A model generated the notes under the pieces. That model searched no databases. It was given only the letters and a program-made list of their open reading frames with translations, and had not been told where the DNA came from. A DNA stretch of 64,000 nucleotides from Chlorokybus atmophyticus. Its lineage: Eukaryota > Plantae > Mesostigma and Chlorokybus algae. Below, one piece after another: positions 39,767 to 58,961 of the stretch. Position 1 is the stretch's first letter. Every line of letters begins with the position of its first letter. The DNA is taken from NCBI GenBank assembly GCA_009103225.1, contig RHPI01000003.1, positions 1 to 64,000 of the forward strand, given 5' to 3'. Position numbers and translations under genes: made by a program.

Positions 39767-41084
39767 NTGCTCTCGTTATACGGAGGGGGTGGGGGACTTG
39801 AAAAAAGAGGAAGTGGGTTCAAGTAGTCAGTAGTTTTAGGTTACTGTTGATACGAATTATATCGTAATGTATTCATGCTAAGTGGTAATTGGTTATTGAT
39901 AATTAAAATCTTATTAATGTACATAGACTTCAATGCGATATCCAACAGAGTTTTTATGATGATCTCATTGAGTTATAAACGTTTGAGCATACATATGTGC
40001 ATAAATATGGATGTTTGTCATTGTGATATTTACCCCTATTAACGGCAAAATAGTTAAATGCTATGACCGCACACCCTTTGACTTAGCATACAGAAACTTG
40101 TAAGATAAAGTTGCAATGAGCAAGTATGCAAAGCTTGCAAACTACAAGAGTGCAAAGGTGTGGGTGGTATGACGGTGTGGTGTGATGTGCGTGGGTGTGC
40201 ACATCAAGTGGCGCTAATATAAGCACGCAGCATATCATGCAGTTGAACAAAACCAAGCATATTACTCTTAAAGTCGATTACCCCAATCGATACAATGAGT
40301 AGAAAGCATCTTGAGCATTAAATAATAACTATATTCATGTTGGCACATTGATGCGATATTTAATGAGTGCAATGTAAAAAATCTGCACATACTTAATAAA
40401 GTTAGCAAGCTTTCAACACCTATAAGGGTAAGTGTATCGCTCATGCCATATGAGAACAAGCTTAACAATGTTTCAACGCAAATGGCTTTTATTATACCAC
40501 ACAATGTTTACCAGCACACCACAGCTGTCTCACAGCATCCCAGTCCGCATGTTATAATCACATGCCAAGCTTATTGCGTCCTAACACGATTGATAGCACT
40601 GGTATCCATACAGCTGCTGCTGTGGTTGCTTGTTGACCCCTGTGCTATACCCTATACACTGTCTTCACGTATGCAAGTTCGCATAACCCCGCTCATATAT
40701 GTACATATTACCATGCAATTTACAAGCGACCCACGTAACCAATGGTAGAGTTGCGGTAAAGCAAACTCTAGGTTCTAAACTGGGGCCACAATAGAGCAAC
40801 AAGTGTGCAATAGTGCAGGCTCAGCAATCACAATGCAACACAGTTGCATGGGGCCCAAGGCAGAGTTTAACTTGGCTACAATGGATAAAGATGTAGGCTA
40901 GGAATTCTAGGACTACTGAGACAACCCTCAGGCAGCAGCAGCAGCAGCAGAGAGCAGGGCCAACAGCAAGGAGTAGGACAACCTGCAAAGAGAGCGCAGG
41001 GAAGAGGTAGAGGTTAGGCTTGATCTTTAGGTAGCGAAGCAGCAAACGATGACATCACCGGTGCAGGCGCCTTAATTAAAGCTG

Positions 41085-41280
41085 CGTGTACATGCCCAAT
41101 TGCAACCTACCATGCAAGACATAATGCTCATCAAGTCCGATAATTGCACAGCATTAGTGTCTCCACGGATATGACTGAAACTACGTGTACATGCTCAATC
41201 ACAACCTACAATGCAAGACATAATGCTCATCAACTCCGACAATTGCACAGCATTCATGTTTCTACGGATATATGACTACT
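41085..41280. repeat. ~99-bp degenerate tandem duplication
   Basis: CGTGTACATG...GCAAGACATAATGCTCATCAA...CGGATAT at 41085 and 41184. Confidence 0.85.
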
Positions 41281-41306
41281 AGACCAATTGGATACAGCAT
41301 CCGCAT

Positions 41307-41339
<33 letters not shown>

Positions 41340-41759
41340 CCCCAAGACTTGGTTAGCCAATGAACCAGAAGAATTGCGGCACAAAGGCACTCTTCTTNCG
41401 CAAACTTGCGGTGTAAAACTTGTGTCTACACAGTGTGCACAAAGCACTCCCTCGGCAAGTGCACCATGACAAGTACATCCCATGATCTCTTGAAAAGCGC
41501 AGTATTCAGCAAACCAACTTTACGACGGTTATGAAAGCACAGCAAGCCCCATTCTGCACATAAGCCAGCAATGGCCACCAGCTACGTGCATACTCTCAGT
41601 CAGATGAGCACCAGGCTCACCTGGATCCCAGCTGGCTACACAGTTGAGCATGACTGCTACGAGGTGCCCTTGTGAGGTGCCAAAGGCCAAGTTGGAACGG
41701 TTTGCAGCTGTGCAATGCATACTACCACTCCATTTAGGCAACAGCGTGCGGCTGGGCGA

Positions 41760-42675
41760 CTATTTAGCTTGGGGGTGAGAAGAGATGTACGCAATGGCGT
41801 CGGCTGTGGAGCCCATCTTGTCGGCCTCGGCATCAGGAATCTCAATGGCAAACTCCTCCTCAAACGCCATCACCACTTCCACTGTGTCCAGGCTGTCCAA
41901 CCCAAGGTCGTTGACGAAATGCGCATGTGGTGTAATCTGCAAAACAGGCGGAATATGAGGAGCAGTGTAGTCAGTGAGGTCAAGGAAATGTCAACAAGAG
42001 CGACAGACCATGTCGTTGTACAGCTCGCATTATGGCTCACTGTGCAGCTTACTGTACAAGCTGCTACTGTGCTTTGTATGCAGCACCACGATATGCAATT
42101 CACCGCCCATGTCGCTCAAGGCAAGCTGAAACACCTAATATACTAGCTCACAGAAGTAAATCATTCTATTTGCAGCTCGTCTAACAGCTTATTGTACGGT
42201 TTAAATGCGCGACGAGCTGCTATGATAATTGTGGGTAGCACCAAGATGTGCATTGCATCCGCCATGTTGCGCCAAGGCACGTTTGAAGATCCAACATACA
42301 TGCATGCACAGCTCAAGACTGAGCAGTAGAGGGATCACTACGGTTGAATGACTTGGCATGCAAAAGCGCTCCGCTGGTATTCGCACAGCTGCAACTACAT
42401 GCATGCACCACGCCTGTGCATAACACCCAGCAACGGCTTAAGTAAATATAATCAACCCTCACCTTGGATGAGTCGACCTTGGGGAATCCCTTAACCACCT
42501 TGATCACTCTCTCCGTGACCTCGTCCTTGTCCAAGTATGTTCCCTTGGCGGCGACGTCTGCGGCAGCGAACCACCGCCGTCCCGCGAGAGCTCCAGCAGC
42601 AGAGGATGAAACAGGAACAGAAACCCTAGCAAGCACTGCGCCCTTCAACAGGGCCGCCGCGGAACGCAGCGCCAT
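41760..42675 (-). CDS. ACP: Mitochondrial acyl carrier protein (two exons)
   Basis: Presequence, then [16 protein letters not shown]|[40 protein letters not shown]. Confidence 0.97.
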
Positions 42676-43166
42676 GGCCACTGACACCGCCACCAACGCC
42701 GCCGCCGCTGCTGCGTAAATTCCAATATTTGTTATTCGTGCCTTAGCAAACCCTAATTGCTAATTAGTTAATTATTAACCAATGTGAGCTGTTATGCTCG
42801 AGGCGAACCGAGTAAAAGTAACCAGTATTCGAGCATCACGTCACACTCACGTGACTTGGACCTGAAGAAGGCAGAAAAATAAGGAAATACAACAAGGAGA
42901 AAAAACCCTATTTAGGATTTGGCAGTAATAAGCTGCTGCTGGTACTGCTTCTGGCAGCGGCGACGGCCGACGCGGACGAGGAGGAGGAAGAGGAGGAGGA
43001 GGAGGACGAGGAGGAGGAGGCGCAGTAGCAGAAGGTAGCCGAGGACCGACTCATCATTGCCGCAGCCATGGGACGGCGGCGGCGACGGCGGCACCAGGGG
43101 TGATCCAGACCTCTGGTGTGGGAGATCAGCAAGGTCTTTGTGGACCTTCTTGTTGTCGTCAACGTC

Positions 43167-49190
<6,024 letters not shown>

Positions 49191-49483
49191 TCACGCTTTC
49201 TTGTGCAGACAATGCAGGCCAGAGTTGCGGAAGTGTTGTCAGGGAATGGGTACTCATGACAGCTACAATGTGATATTTTGACCCAAGTTGTTTGATAGCA
49301 CCAGTGCACACTGTCAGCCATTATTACCAGGCAGTGTGAGGTAGTGAGACAATACTTGCACGCCATGATTGCAAATTCAATGCTGGACACAGCCAAGTTC
49401 TTCTAGCTCAAAGTGACCACTTGCGGAAGTACAGTACATGTGGCATGTGCAAAGCGTGCAGCTAAGCAATGAACAAAAGCTAA

Positions 49484-51651
49484 CTACAACAGCACGAGTC
49501 CAACTTGAGTGGGTTTCAACTCAGCTGGCACCAACCAGTTGTACAAGTAATACTGTAGATGCCCATCCCCAATCCCAAACTTGAGTTCCTGTGAACCAAT
49601 TGTAACGTCAGAACCATACCTTGAGCCTGAGCTGTGGAATGACAGCGGCAACACGTACCTTCAAAAATTGGGAATTGTGCATAACATCCAGTGCATTGAA
49701 CACATCAAAACCTTCATTGCGCGCCAAAATCAGGGCATCCGTCATCAACTGCCACACCATGCGCGTTTATGATTTGCATCATGACAAGCGGCAGAGCTTG
49801 TTGTGTGCTCTATATACTGGAGCCGTACCTGGATGAGGGGAAGCGTGTTTGCAACATTGTAAAACGAGTATGCAGCCTTCAGGACCTTATACGTGTCATT
49901 CCCAATGATGGTGGACGGCAGAGCGTAAAAGCTGATCAAATCCGTCACTATTCCAGGCTTGAGCGGGTCATCCACAACATACGCACTGACAACCTCAGGA
50001 CGCGGAAGCAGCAAGTGCGCAACTTCCTCCTCCGACATAACCGGCGCAAGGTAGAACTGTTCGAGGTATCTATGAAGCAGATTTGTCACCTGGTACCAAC
50101 AAGTCGTTGAACACCCCAGATGACAAAACTACTCAGTACACACACTGGAACAACGCAGTGCTGGGGCGTACTTGGGTCACGTCTTGAGGACGCATCTGGC
50201 GCAAGCCAGGAGTTGAAGGCGAATCGGGCAATCTGTACAGCTTAATGGTGCGGTTCATAGTCATGCGTGCCTGTCACAATGAGGGCTAAGAAAACCTGCC
50301 TGAGTGCCAGCATCGCTGTTGGGTTGTGCATGCTAACGGCCACATGCAACACTCCTCCAGCAATATTATTTGATCTGCATCACGTGCATGTCAACAGACA
50401 TAACATGCCGCAACAAGTACCTGCAGTCGTGAGAAACCCACATCAATGAGCTTCTTTGGGTTTAGAGATCGATGCCAGTACCTGCATAGGAGCAAACAAC
50501 ATCAGCAGGACAGTGAGCAAAGATTTGATGGACGATCAACAAACTTCTTCCTACCTGCATGAGGCCACAGGCTTGGGAAGCACAACGCCAGCAGTGTATG
50601 TCGCCTGCCATATGTTTCTCAGATTGACTCTTCTTGTGATTTCCTTAATTAGGACTGGAGCCAGCCGCTTGGACCGCAGCTTTTTGTGGACGCACAGGAA
50701 GTCAATTTCCGCCATGCGCATGGTGTTGGTTCCCACACGCACGATTGCCGGGACTCCCGTAATGAGTGCGACTAGCTTTTTGGTTGCTGCCACGCGTACA
50801 CCAATGTGCCAAAACGACTCATAACCTGGCGGCTGCAGCGCCCATTGCAGAAATGGCACCGAGTAGTCGAAACGAAACATGTTGTCGTCATCTTCAACAT
50901 AGTTGTGCGTAAGCAGCACATACATCTGCAATTGCACACGGCGACACAAAACTATCATCAGCTTCACGGTCGGCAAGCAAGTGTGCGCTGAACCAATCAA
51001 CGAGCCAATGCAATGAAGCCACGTGATGGGGGTACAACGCCTTCAATTCACGTCAAAACCACATGTAGCACACGCTTACATCACGCTCAAGCATTACAAA
51101 ACTCTCATCATAAAAACAATTTCAAGTCCGCGGCGCGCAAGACATCAATTTGAACACACATGCATGTCCACAATTCACCTCCGGAGTTGGAATGTGACAT
51201 GATTGGGATGCATGCATGTGTGCATGTGTATCGAATGCTATGTCACCTCTTGCAAATGGGCAGGGTTGTCAATGTCACATTCGCACCACTCAAACGCTTC
51301 CGGCAGCGGGTAGGGGTCTTGGCGAACTTCATCAACGGTGCGTTCACGGTCAATGGGACCTTCTTCAGCTGCAGCTCCGCCGCCGTCTCTGGGAGGTCCA
51401 AACTGCGCCACGGGCTGTGTCTCCCAGAATAAGTGCCTCCTGGGCCCCATGGCGGCGGAGCCTCCGCCGCTGTCCGCCTCCGCCGCCTGCGCCATCATCT
51501 GCCGCAGGCGCGCCCCGAGTGCCTCCACGGCTGCGGCGGACGATCCGGGTAGCCCCAAGGCTCCCGAAGACGTCGAGCCACTGACCACCCCGTCGCCGAC
51601 ACCATCACCCCGCCCCTCAGCCACACCCTTGCCACCGCCGCCGCCGGCCAT
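49484..51651 (-). CDS. NMT1: Glycylpeptide N-tetradecanoyltransferase
   Basis: [79 protein letters not shown]. Confidence 0.98.
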
Positions 51652-51907
51652 GCTTAGGGTTTCCGCCTGCGCACAAAAGTTCCATCGCAAATATCAAAAT
51701 GTTTGTTAGAGAAGCTGCACCACCACTGAGCCGTCCGTTTGCGCGGGATCTGTAGATCGGACGGCGGCCAGTTGGGCATCCAGACTGTACAAAAGTCTGT
51801 GTGCCTTCGCCGCAAGCACCGACGGCGGCAGTGGTGGTGGCGGCGGCGGTGTAGGCGGCGAGGCGGCAGGTGGTGTGTATTCCAGGAGAGGCTCTCTCGT
51901 GCGTGGC

Positions 51908-53687
51908 ATGGCTGGTAGAGGCGGCGGTGGTAGGCCTCTTGGTCTCGCTAGTGGGTTGGGGGACATGATGAGCGCCCTGCAGTCCGGCATAGAGGGCCGC
52001 AGCAGCGGTTATCTGGCCTCCCTGCCAAGGCCGGTGCGCCGCAGGGTGACCGCACTCAGAGGCCTGCAGGCCAAGCGGGATGCTCTTCAAGAGGAGTATG
52101 AAGCCGAGATGGCCGCTTTGCAGGTGAGCGGTACCCGAGCTAGGAGCTTACAGGCAGACAGTGCAGCGTAGTTTGCTCTCGGCATGCATGAAAGCTGATT
52201 GGTTGCATGCTACTTGACTACAGCTGGTCAGTGTTTAGGTTGCATCTGCAGTTGAGGTGTCTATTTGCATTCACTGGGTGAGCAATGTAGGTGTATGCTG
52301 CTGCTTTTCCTGCACATGCATGGCCCGTTGCATAATGAAGGTTATTTGTCTGTCTCACTATCAGTGTCGCTGTGCAGAAAAAGTACGATGCGTTGTACGA
52401 GCCGCTTTACTCGCGGAGAGCTGCTATTGTAATTGGAGCTGAGGAGCCGAGTGCCTCTGAGGTGGAAGCTGGAGAAGCTGCTGTGCCTGACTCTACAGCG
52501 GCTTCAGAGCTGCGTGACGGGCCGAAGATTCAGGAGATCGACACACCTGCCGGCGAGGACACTGAGGGCGCGAAGGGCATTCCTGAGTTCTGGTTGACTG
52601 CCATGAAGAATCTTGACGAGCTCGCGGTATGACCATGTTCAGCTGTTGCTGTTCTGCTGTTTATTGAGCCCAGCTTGCCATCAACGCATGCATGCTTATG
52701 TGTGTTGCATGTTCAAAACGCGTGGGTCCTTATGTCATCAGCTCAGTAGAAGCTCTGGTCCAGTTGCACCTTCTGTAAAGCTAAGGAATGCAAATGCTTG
52801 GCCACAGGAACACATCACAGAAAAGGATGAGGCCCCCTTGAAGGCGTTGAAGGACATCAGGACGTCATCGCTAACAGGAGAGCACAAGGGCTTCCAGTTG
52901 GACTTTGAGTTTGTTGAAAACGAGCACTTTGCAAACACGGTGCTAACAAAGAAGTACTTCATGATTGACGAGGTGAGTTATTGTCTGTCACATGGATGCA
53001 TTGCTCAGTGTATGCCCACATAACATGCATATCACTTGGGGTGACACCTGTTGGGGTGATTCTGTTGCCAGGAGGAGCCTACTCTGGAGCGAGCTGAGGG
53101 TACAGAGATTCAGTGGAAGGCCGGGAAGAACGTGACAGTGAAGTTGATGAAGAAGAAGGCGAAGAAGGGTGGCAAGGTGCTGACAAAGACCGAGAAGACG
53201 GACTCATTCTTCAACTTCTTCAGTCCGCCGGATGTGCCAGAAGACGACCAGGACCTGGACGAGGAGGAGATGGAGCAGCTGCAGGAGTACATGGAGGAGG
53301 ATTACATGATGGGCGCCGCCATCCGAGAGAAGCTCGTCCCGCACGCAGCATCGTGGTTTACCGGCGAGGCGTATGAGGAGGGCGAAGAAGAGGAAGAAGA
53401 AGACGAGGAGGGCGACGAGGAGGATGAGGAGGACGAGGACGAGGAGGATGAGGAGGAGGTATGCTTCCCGTTCTCATGTGTTAACACTCCGTGATTGACA
53501 GTCTAGATTTGCCATGTTTTCTGAGTTGACTCGCCCGCAGGAGGACGACGAGGATGAGGACGATGAAGAAGAGGAGGAGATGTCTCCTCCAAAGACCACG
53601 AAAAAGGGCAGACATGCTGCGGCCAAGGCCAAGGCAGGTGCCGGCGCTCAAGGTGGTGAGCAGCCTGCTGAATGTAAGCAGCAATGA
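51908..53687 (+). CDS. NAP1: Nucleosome assembly protein 1
   Basis: [35 protein letters not shown], acidic tail, C-terminal CKQQ prenylation motif as in plant NAP1. Confidence 0.97.
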
Positions 53688-54413
53688 TCCTTCAGCCACG
53701 CAGAGAAAGAGAGCAGAACCAACCCACACACAAAAATCCCCCCCTTTCGCCCCCAGTGCCTGGCACTTATTCTTGGTGTTGACTTAGTAGCGCCCTGTGA
53801 GGCGGTGCGTAGTGACTTGATGATGGTTTTTGGCCTTTGTTGTATAGTGTCCAGCAAGTGGTTAGTTTGTCTGATTAGTAGAACCAGATGTTCCAGCTGG
53901 ATGCACTATCGTTGTGTATTCCATGGTGGTGGTCTGCATATGTTTTTGATAAAGCGTCAATTGATGAGTACCTGACTGGCAGTGATATGATCACTATCCT
54001 GGTGAGTAAGAGTCAGGTCACATGTTTGTTGAAGGAATAAGTTCGCTTGCATTGTCCTGTCGCTGGTGGTGACACCTTTTTGTGCTACATTGATGCAGTG
54101 TTTGGATAGTGTACCGTGGTTAATGAAATCTACAACGAAGCATTGTCACTTGCTAACTGCAACATCATGTATATGCATGTTTACTCAACATAGTTCCTCA
54201 TTAACAGTTACATGCATTGTACATTAATTCACTACTTTCTTCTCGGTGGAGACAATACAGCCATTCACACTCATCATATGTACGAAGATGTTTATAGTAT
54301 TTCCACTGAGAACAAGCAGTGCACAATGTATATCACTGTTGATGCATTGAGCAATCTCATCTCTGTACATACACAGTTGCGTGTCAACAGTTCCGGGAAA
54401 ATGTTGATGTGAA

Positions 54414-54660
54414 GGGGCATTACAGTTTTCCCCCTGGGCATAGCCTGCATGTTGCATGATGTGTACAAAGTTGACAATAGCAATATGTCATGCGGTGGTG
54501 AAGACATCAGGGTGCAAGGTGTATGCATTGATATGAGGGGCAATTGCGACTTTCCCCCTGGGCATAGGCTGAATTATGCATATCGTGTACAAAGTTGTCA
54601 ATAGTAACATGCGTTTGTGACGACATGAGGCTGCAAAGTGCATACGTTACATTTTCGCAG
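54414..54660. repeat. ~123-bp degenerate tandem duplication, intergenic
   Basis: GGGGCA...TTTCCCCCTGGGCATAG...GTGTACAAAGTTG at 54414 and 54537. Confidence 0.8.
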
Positions 54661-55294
54661 CAGATGGAGATAGTAAAATCAAGTATACGGTATGATACAT
54701 GTGTACAAAGTATGCAATAGCAGCAGCAGATGGAGGCTATTGTAAGTATTACCAAGTTAGTGTAAGGTGTTGGAGTGCAATGTGTATTATATTTGCACAG
54801 ACTACTGTGGTTGATCACTTGTAGTAGTAGCTGAAGTTTTGCAAATGCGTAGTTATCTGCCCAGAGCAAGTAATTATTTTGATGTACAAGGCAACAAAAT
54901 CAGATTCTGATAGTGACTGTACTACTCCCCAGCATATGTATTTGCGCTATTAGATGTACAACGGGTCTACACATTCCAATACTACTAGTCAACAATTATA
55001 TGAGATATGCAGGTTGTTTGTAACATGGTAAGTCCAAGTAAACAAAGTCGCTACATTTCAACGAGAACATGCCACAGCAACTAGTTGCACAACATCTGCA
55101 CATTCCGTTATTACAGTGAGGATTGGGTCTGCAAAATTGCTAAACTAAGGTAACCTACTGTATGTACACTTATCCGTTCTGGAATATAACCGGCTCAAAG
55201 TGCAACAATTTTACTTAAGCGTTCTGGTTTGACCAGGGGCTGCCATCGGGCTGTATGCACACGTAAAAACAATGTTAACATTGCAAAAACATCA

Positions 55295-56322
55295 TTAACC
55301 ATATAGCAGATGCTCATGCACAGTATGATACAGCAGAGCTGGTTGGTTACTTACGATGCCACGAGCGGTCTTCTCAAGATCTTCCCGCGCGCCAAGACCC
55401 TCCTTGGGACCGGCAACATAATCCTGCACCTCCTTGGCTTGCTGCAAAACAACCACAACAACATATTCAGCCAGTAGTTGGAGCACCTTTCACTGTGCAC
55501 TCTAAAAATGTTGCCTTTGAAGTGAGCCTGATGTGCTGGTAATGTTGGAACTCACCTCATCAATGTTGGCGCCAGGGAGAGACTTGCCCTCAGAGTCAAC
55601 AGCTTCCTTCACAAAGTCTTTTGTCTCAGAGGCAGAGTTGCTGACCGCCTCGCCAATATCTCCAACCTTCTCCTTGATGTTCTGGACGGTGCTCGAAGCA
55701 TTCTTCTTGGCTCCCTCGACCAGGTCGGCGGCGGTGTCCACAACATTGTCAGCGGTATTCTCCGCATCCGCACCAACATCAGGAGCCTGCTTCTTGATAT
55801 TCTGGGCGGCGCTGTCGACGTTCTTCTTAACATCCTCGCCAGCATCGGCAGCCTTGTCCTTGACATTCTGGGCGGTGCTCTCGACGTTCTTCTTGGCACC
55901 CTCAACCAGGTCGCTGGCGGTGTCCTTAGCTTTGTCGGCGGTGCGCTCCGGACCTTCCTCAATAGACCAGTCGCCGGTCTTCTTCGCAGTCTCCACAGGG
56001 TTCTCCTTGGGGTCAACCGCCCTCACCACAAACAAACCCCTGCAACACATCCGCAAATTCAATCACCAAGTTCAACATACCAACCACTGGCATATGACCA
56101 GTGGACTTCATGTCAATCTTACACTTGAATGGTATGCCTGCATGCACGCAACCTTGCGTGCAGACAGTGTTGCATCCAGGGGGCTTCATGGGCGTACACT
56201 TGCCTGCGAGAGGGGGTGCGGACTGAGGGGGCGGCGGGGCGTGCTGTTGGGCGAGCAGAGGGGCGAAGGGAGGCCACGGGGCGGGCCACGACCATGTTCA
56301 CGGCTGCGATGGAGGAAGCCAT
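55295..56322 (-). CDS. Plastid-targeted LEA-like hydrophilic protein (group-3-like A/K/D/E repeats); 3' end approximate
   Basis: Transit peptide ending VVRA; repeats such as DKAKDTASDLVEGAKKN and DTAADLVEGAKKN. Confidence 0.7.
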
Positions 56323-56482
56323 GTTTTTGGAATGTAGTGGAAGCTACTGGTTGGACTTGGTTGTATGCTACTGTTGCAGGAACTACAAGTGTGACTGCTG
56401 ATCTACGTGCCCAGGGCATGGCCATGCATATATATAGCAGCGCAGGCTGCGCAGCAGTGCGTGGCCATGTCTGTCTGATTGT

Positions 56483-56493
56483 GCCACGTCGGC
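56483..56493 (-). promoter_or_regulatory. Overlapping DRE/ABRE motif upstream of the LEA-like gene
   Basis: Minus strand reads GCCGACGTGGC, about 50 bp beyond a TATATATA at ~56429-56436. Confidence 0.5.
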
Positions 56494-56661
56494 GGCCACG
56501 CCTAGGCAGAGATCAGATCTCCCGCCACCGCTGAGCAGACGGGGACGCCTGGCGCTCTTGGGCGCACTATATCCGATCTCCCTCAGCGCCGGTGTCAGGC
56601 GTGCGTGTATGCTGTACGTTACAAATGATAACTGTTGTTTTTACTAGATTCTGTTATGTGC

Positions 56662-56733
56662 ATCGGAGTGGCGCAGTGGAAGCGTGGTGGGCCCATAACC
56701 CACAGGTCCTTGGATCGAAACCAAGCTCCGATA
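56662..56733 (+). tRNA. tRNA-iMet: Initiator tRNA-Met (CAT)
   Basis: 72-nt cloverleaf ATCGGAG...CTCCGATA; A1:T72 pair, CAT anticodon, GGATCGAAACC T-loop; TTTT about 20 nt downstream. Confidence 0.98.
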
Positions 56734-56837
56734 CTGAGCTTCCCGACATTCCTTTTGGCGTCGGGTGTTGCCGGCTCGAAATCCGTGCGTCATGAGTTGA
56801 CAATTGCAGTGCTATGCATTCGGTAGCCAAATGGGCT

Positions 56838-57019
56838 CTACTGTGGCTCGACCCCGTGGCCCCGACAGCTGTCATGCTGTGTGTTTAGGAGGGCTCAGCC
56901 TCCTCGTGTATGCCTGCATCCAGTCCCGCTACTGTGGCTCGACCCCATGGCCCCGACAGCTGTCATGCTGTGTGTTTGAGAGGGCTCAGCCTCCTCGTGT
57001 ATGCCTACATCCAGTCCCG
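56838..57019. repeat. 91-bp tandem duplication (2 copies)
   Basis: CTACTGTGGCTCGACCCC...CCAGTCCCG at 56838 and 56929, few mismatches. Confidence 0.92.
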
Positions 57020-58961
57020 CGTTTGCGCTTTGTTATCGTGACCATCCACAGCACTAACCAATCTCGCGCGAGTCCTTGTGGTTTCTTTAAGGTCTAATAG
57101 CGGGACTTTGAATGTCTCGCGCATGCAATTCACCTTTTCGGCTGGTCCGATGGAACTTCCGACATGGAGGTCCCTCAATCCCACCTGATCCCTTGACAAG
57201 GGTTGAAGCCACAACGGACCCAAGTTTTAAAGCCTGAGTTTTAGGGCCCGCAGCCCGTATAAACTTCGTATGGACCCAAAACGCGAACGCGCTGCGGTTT
57301 TTGAGTTAGGTTTTGCATCGATGCAGTAAAACCTCGTATCAATTTTGTAACACTCCAAAAATGCACAGTTAGGGGGTAAAAACAAATCATCATTAGGGTT
57401 TCGCGCGCATTTAATAGCTTCCCGCCTTGATCGCCACTGTCATTCACATCGTGAGCGCCTTCGTGCTTGCAGACGGCAGGCACATGGAGGGTGTGGGTGA
57501 TGGCAGCGGTGGCGGTGAGGATGAAAGCGGTGGTGGTATGGGTTGGCAGCCGCCTCTTCGTATGCCGGCGGCTGCGGCATGGCAAGCGGCTGACTTTCGG
57601 CCGCAGCCAGGAGCACTCAACGGTGTGGGCGTTGATGCGACATCCGCTCAATATGCGACCCATACAGCTCCCTCCTTTGACACACAGGTAGGTGGACTGT
57701 GCATGCTGGTTGGGGTGTTGTGCTAGCACGTTTTGGGGGTGTTGTCGTCAACTGTGCATGCTTGTGCAAGCCATTGTTGAGGTTGTTGTCAACAATAACT
57801 GTGCATACTGATGTAAGCAGGTGTTTGGGGTGTTGTCGTCAACGCATGCTTGTGCAAGCAGGTGTTCAGGGTGTTGTCAATAACAACTGTGCATGCTTAT
57901 GCATGCAGTCTGCTGTTGGGGCGTTGTTGACAAGTGTTTTTGCCTTGTTTACGACTGGCTGAGGCGAATGCACGGAGCCAACTCGAGCACACCCAATGTC
58001 GACCAACCCACTCAGTCTACACAACCACCTCCATCTACACAAGTGCCAGGGGGAGGGGCTTGGAGGGACAGTCAGCATTAGCACATCTGCTGGAGGGCCT
58101 TACCCGTCCACTCCGCAGCAGACAACACCTCAGCCCGCCACATCAGCTACTGTCAACAAGCTACCCAAAGCACCACCGAAGTGAGGTTAGAGTGCTGATG
58201 TCTGCAGGCAGTGGTGCATGTGTTGCGCGGTGTCTTTGCTGACTTGCGGTATGCATAGAGCGCCTAAGGAAACAGCCTGCAGCCGCCCTAAGCCAAGAGA
58301 CCAAGCATCCCCGTGAATCTGACTGGACTCTGGACGAAATCACGAGTCTTGTGCGCGGTTGGTATGATGTTGACCAGGCCACCAAAGCGGGTGGTGCATT
58401 GGCAAAGAATAAGTCTGCTTAAACTCGCTGGAAGGAGGTGGTGAAGTGCTGTGAAAAAGAGCAGCCTGAGATGATGGGTTGGGGCCGCAACCCAGAGTCA
58501 TGCAAACAAAAGTGAGTACAACACTTGTTGATTAGCATGTGAACCCGCAAGCAAGTCAGATTTCGTTGCAAATTTTACACGGTGACTAAGGACTGAGGGA
58601 TTGACTGGTGCCTGAGCCTGCTTGAGCCTGCCTGTTGCTGCCTGAAATGTTGTTTTTTGACTATTGGGTTTGCCGTTGGCTTAAGTGGACTGACGCAGAC
58701 GGCCGCGGGCCGAAAGTGGTTGTCAGTGGCATTAATCGGCCGAGAGTTGTCAACCAGTTACCCTTTGGTCGATGTGCACAGACGGCTGTTAGCCGGTAGT
58801 TACGGACAGCTGACAGCAATAGCCGGCAGTTTCTTTGCCGTTAAACTGCTGTTAATATGTGACCCTTGCCGTTTGACAAAAGTTGGCAATTCTTGCCGTA
58901 AGCCAACACTAACATGCCATGCAGCTTGTACAAACCTTGGACTGATTGTTTGGTGTTGCAC

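Noticed and set aside
55533-56534. 333-aa plus-strand ORF
   Set aside because: Antisense shadow of the LEA-like gene.
56734-56830. Dicistronic tRNA-snoRNA
   Set aside because: A TTTT terminator lies about 20 nt after the tRNA, and no C/D boxes are in a plausible arrangement.
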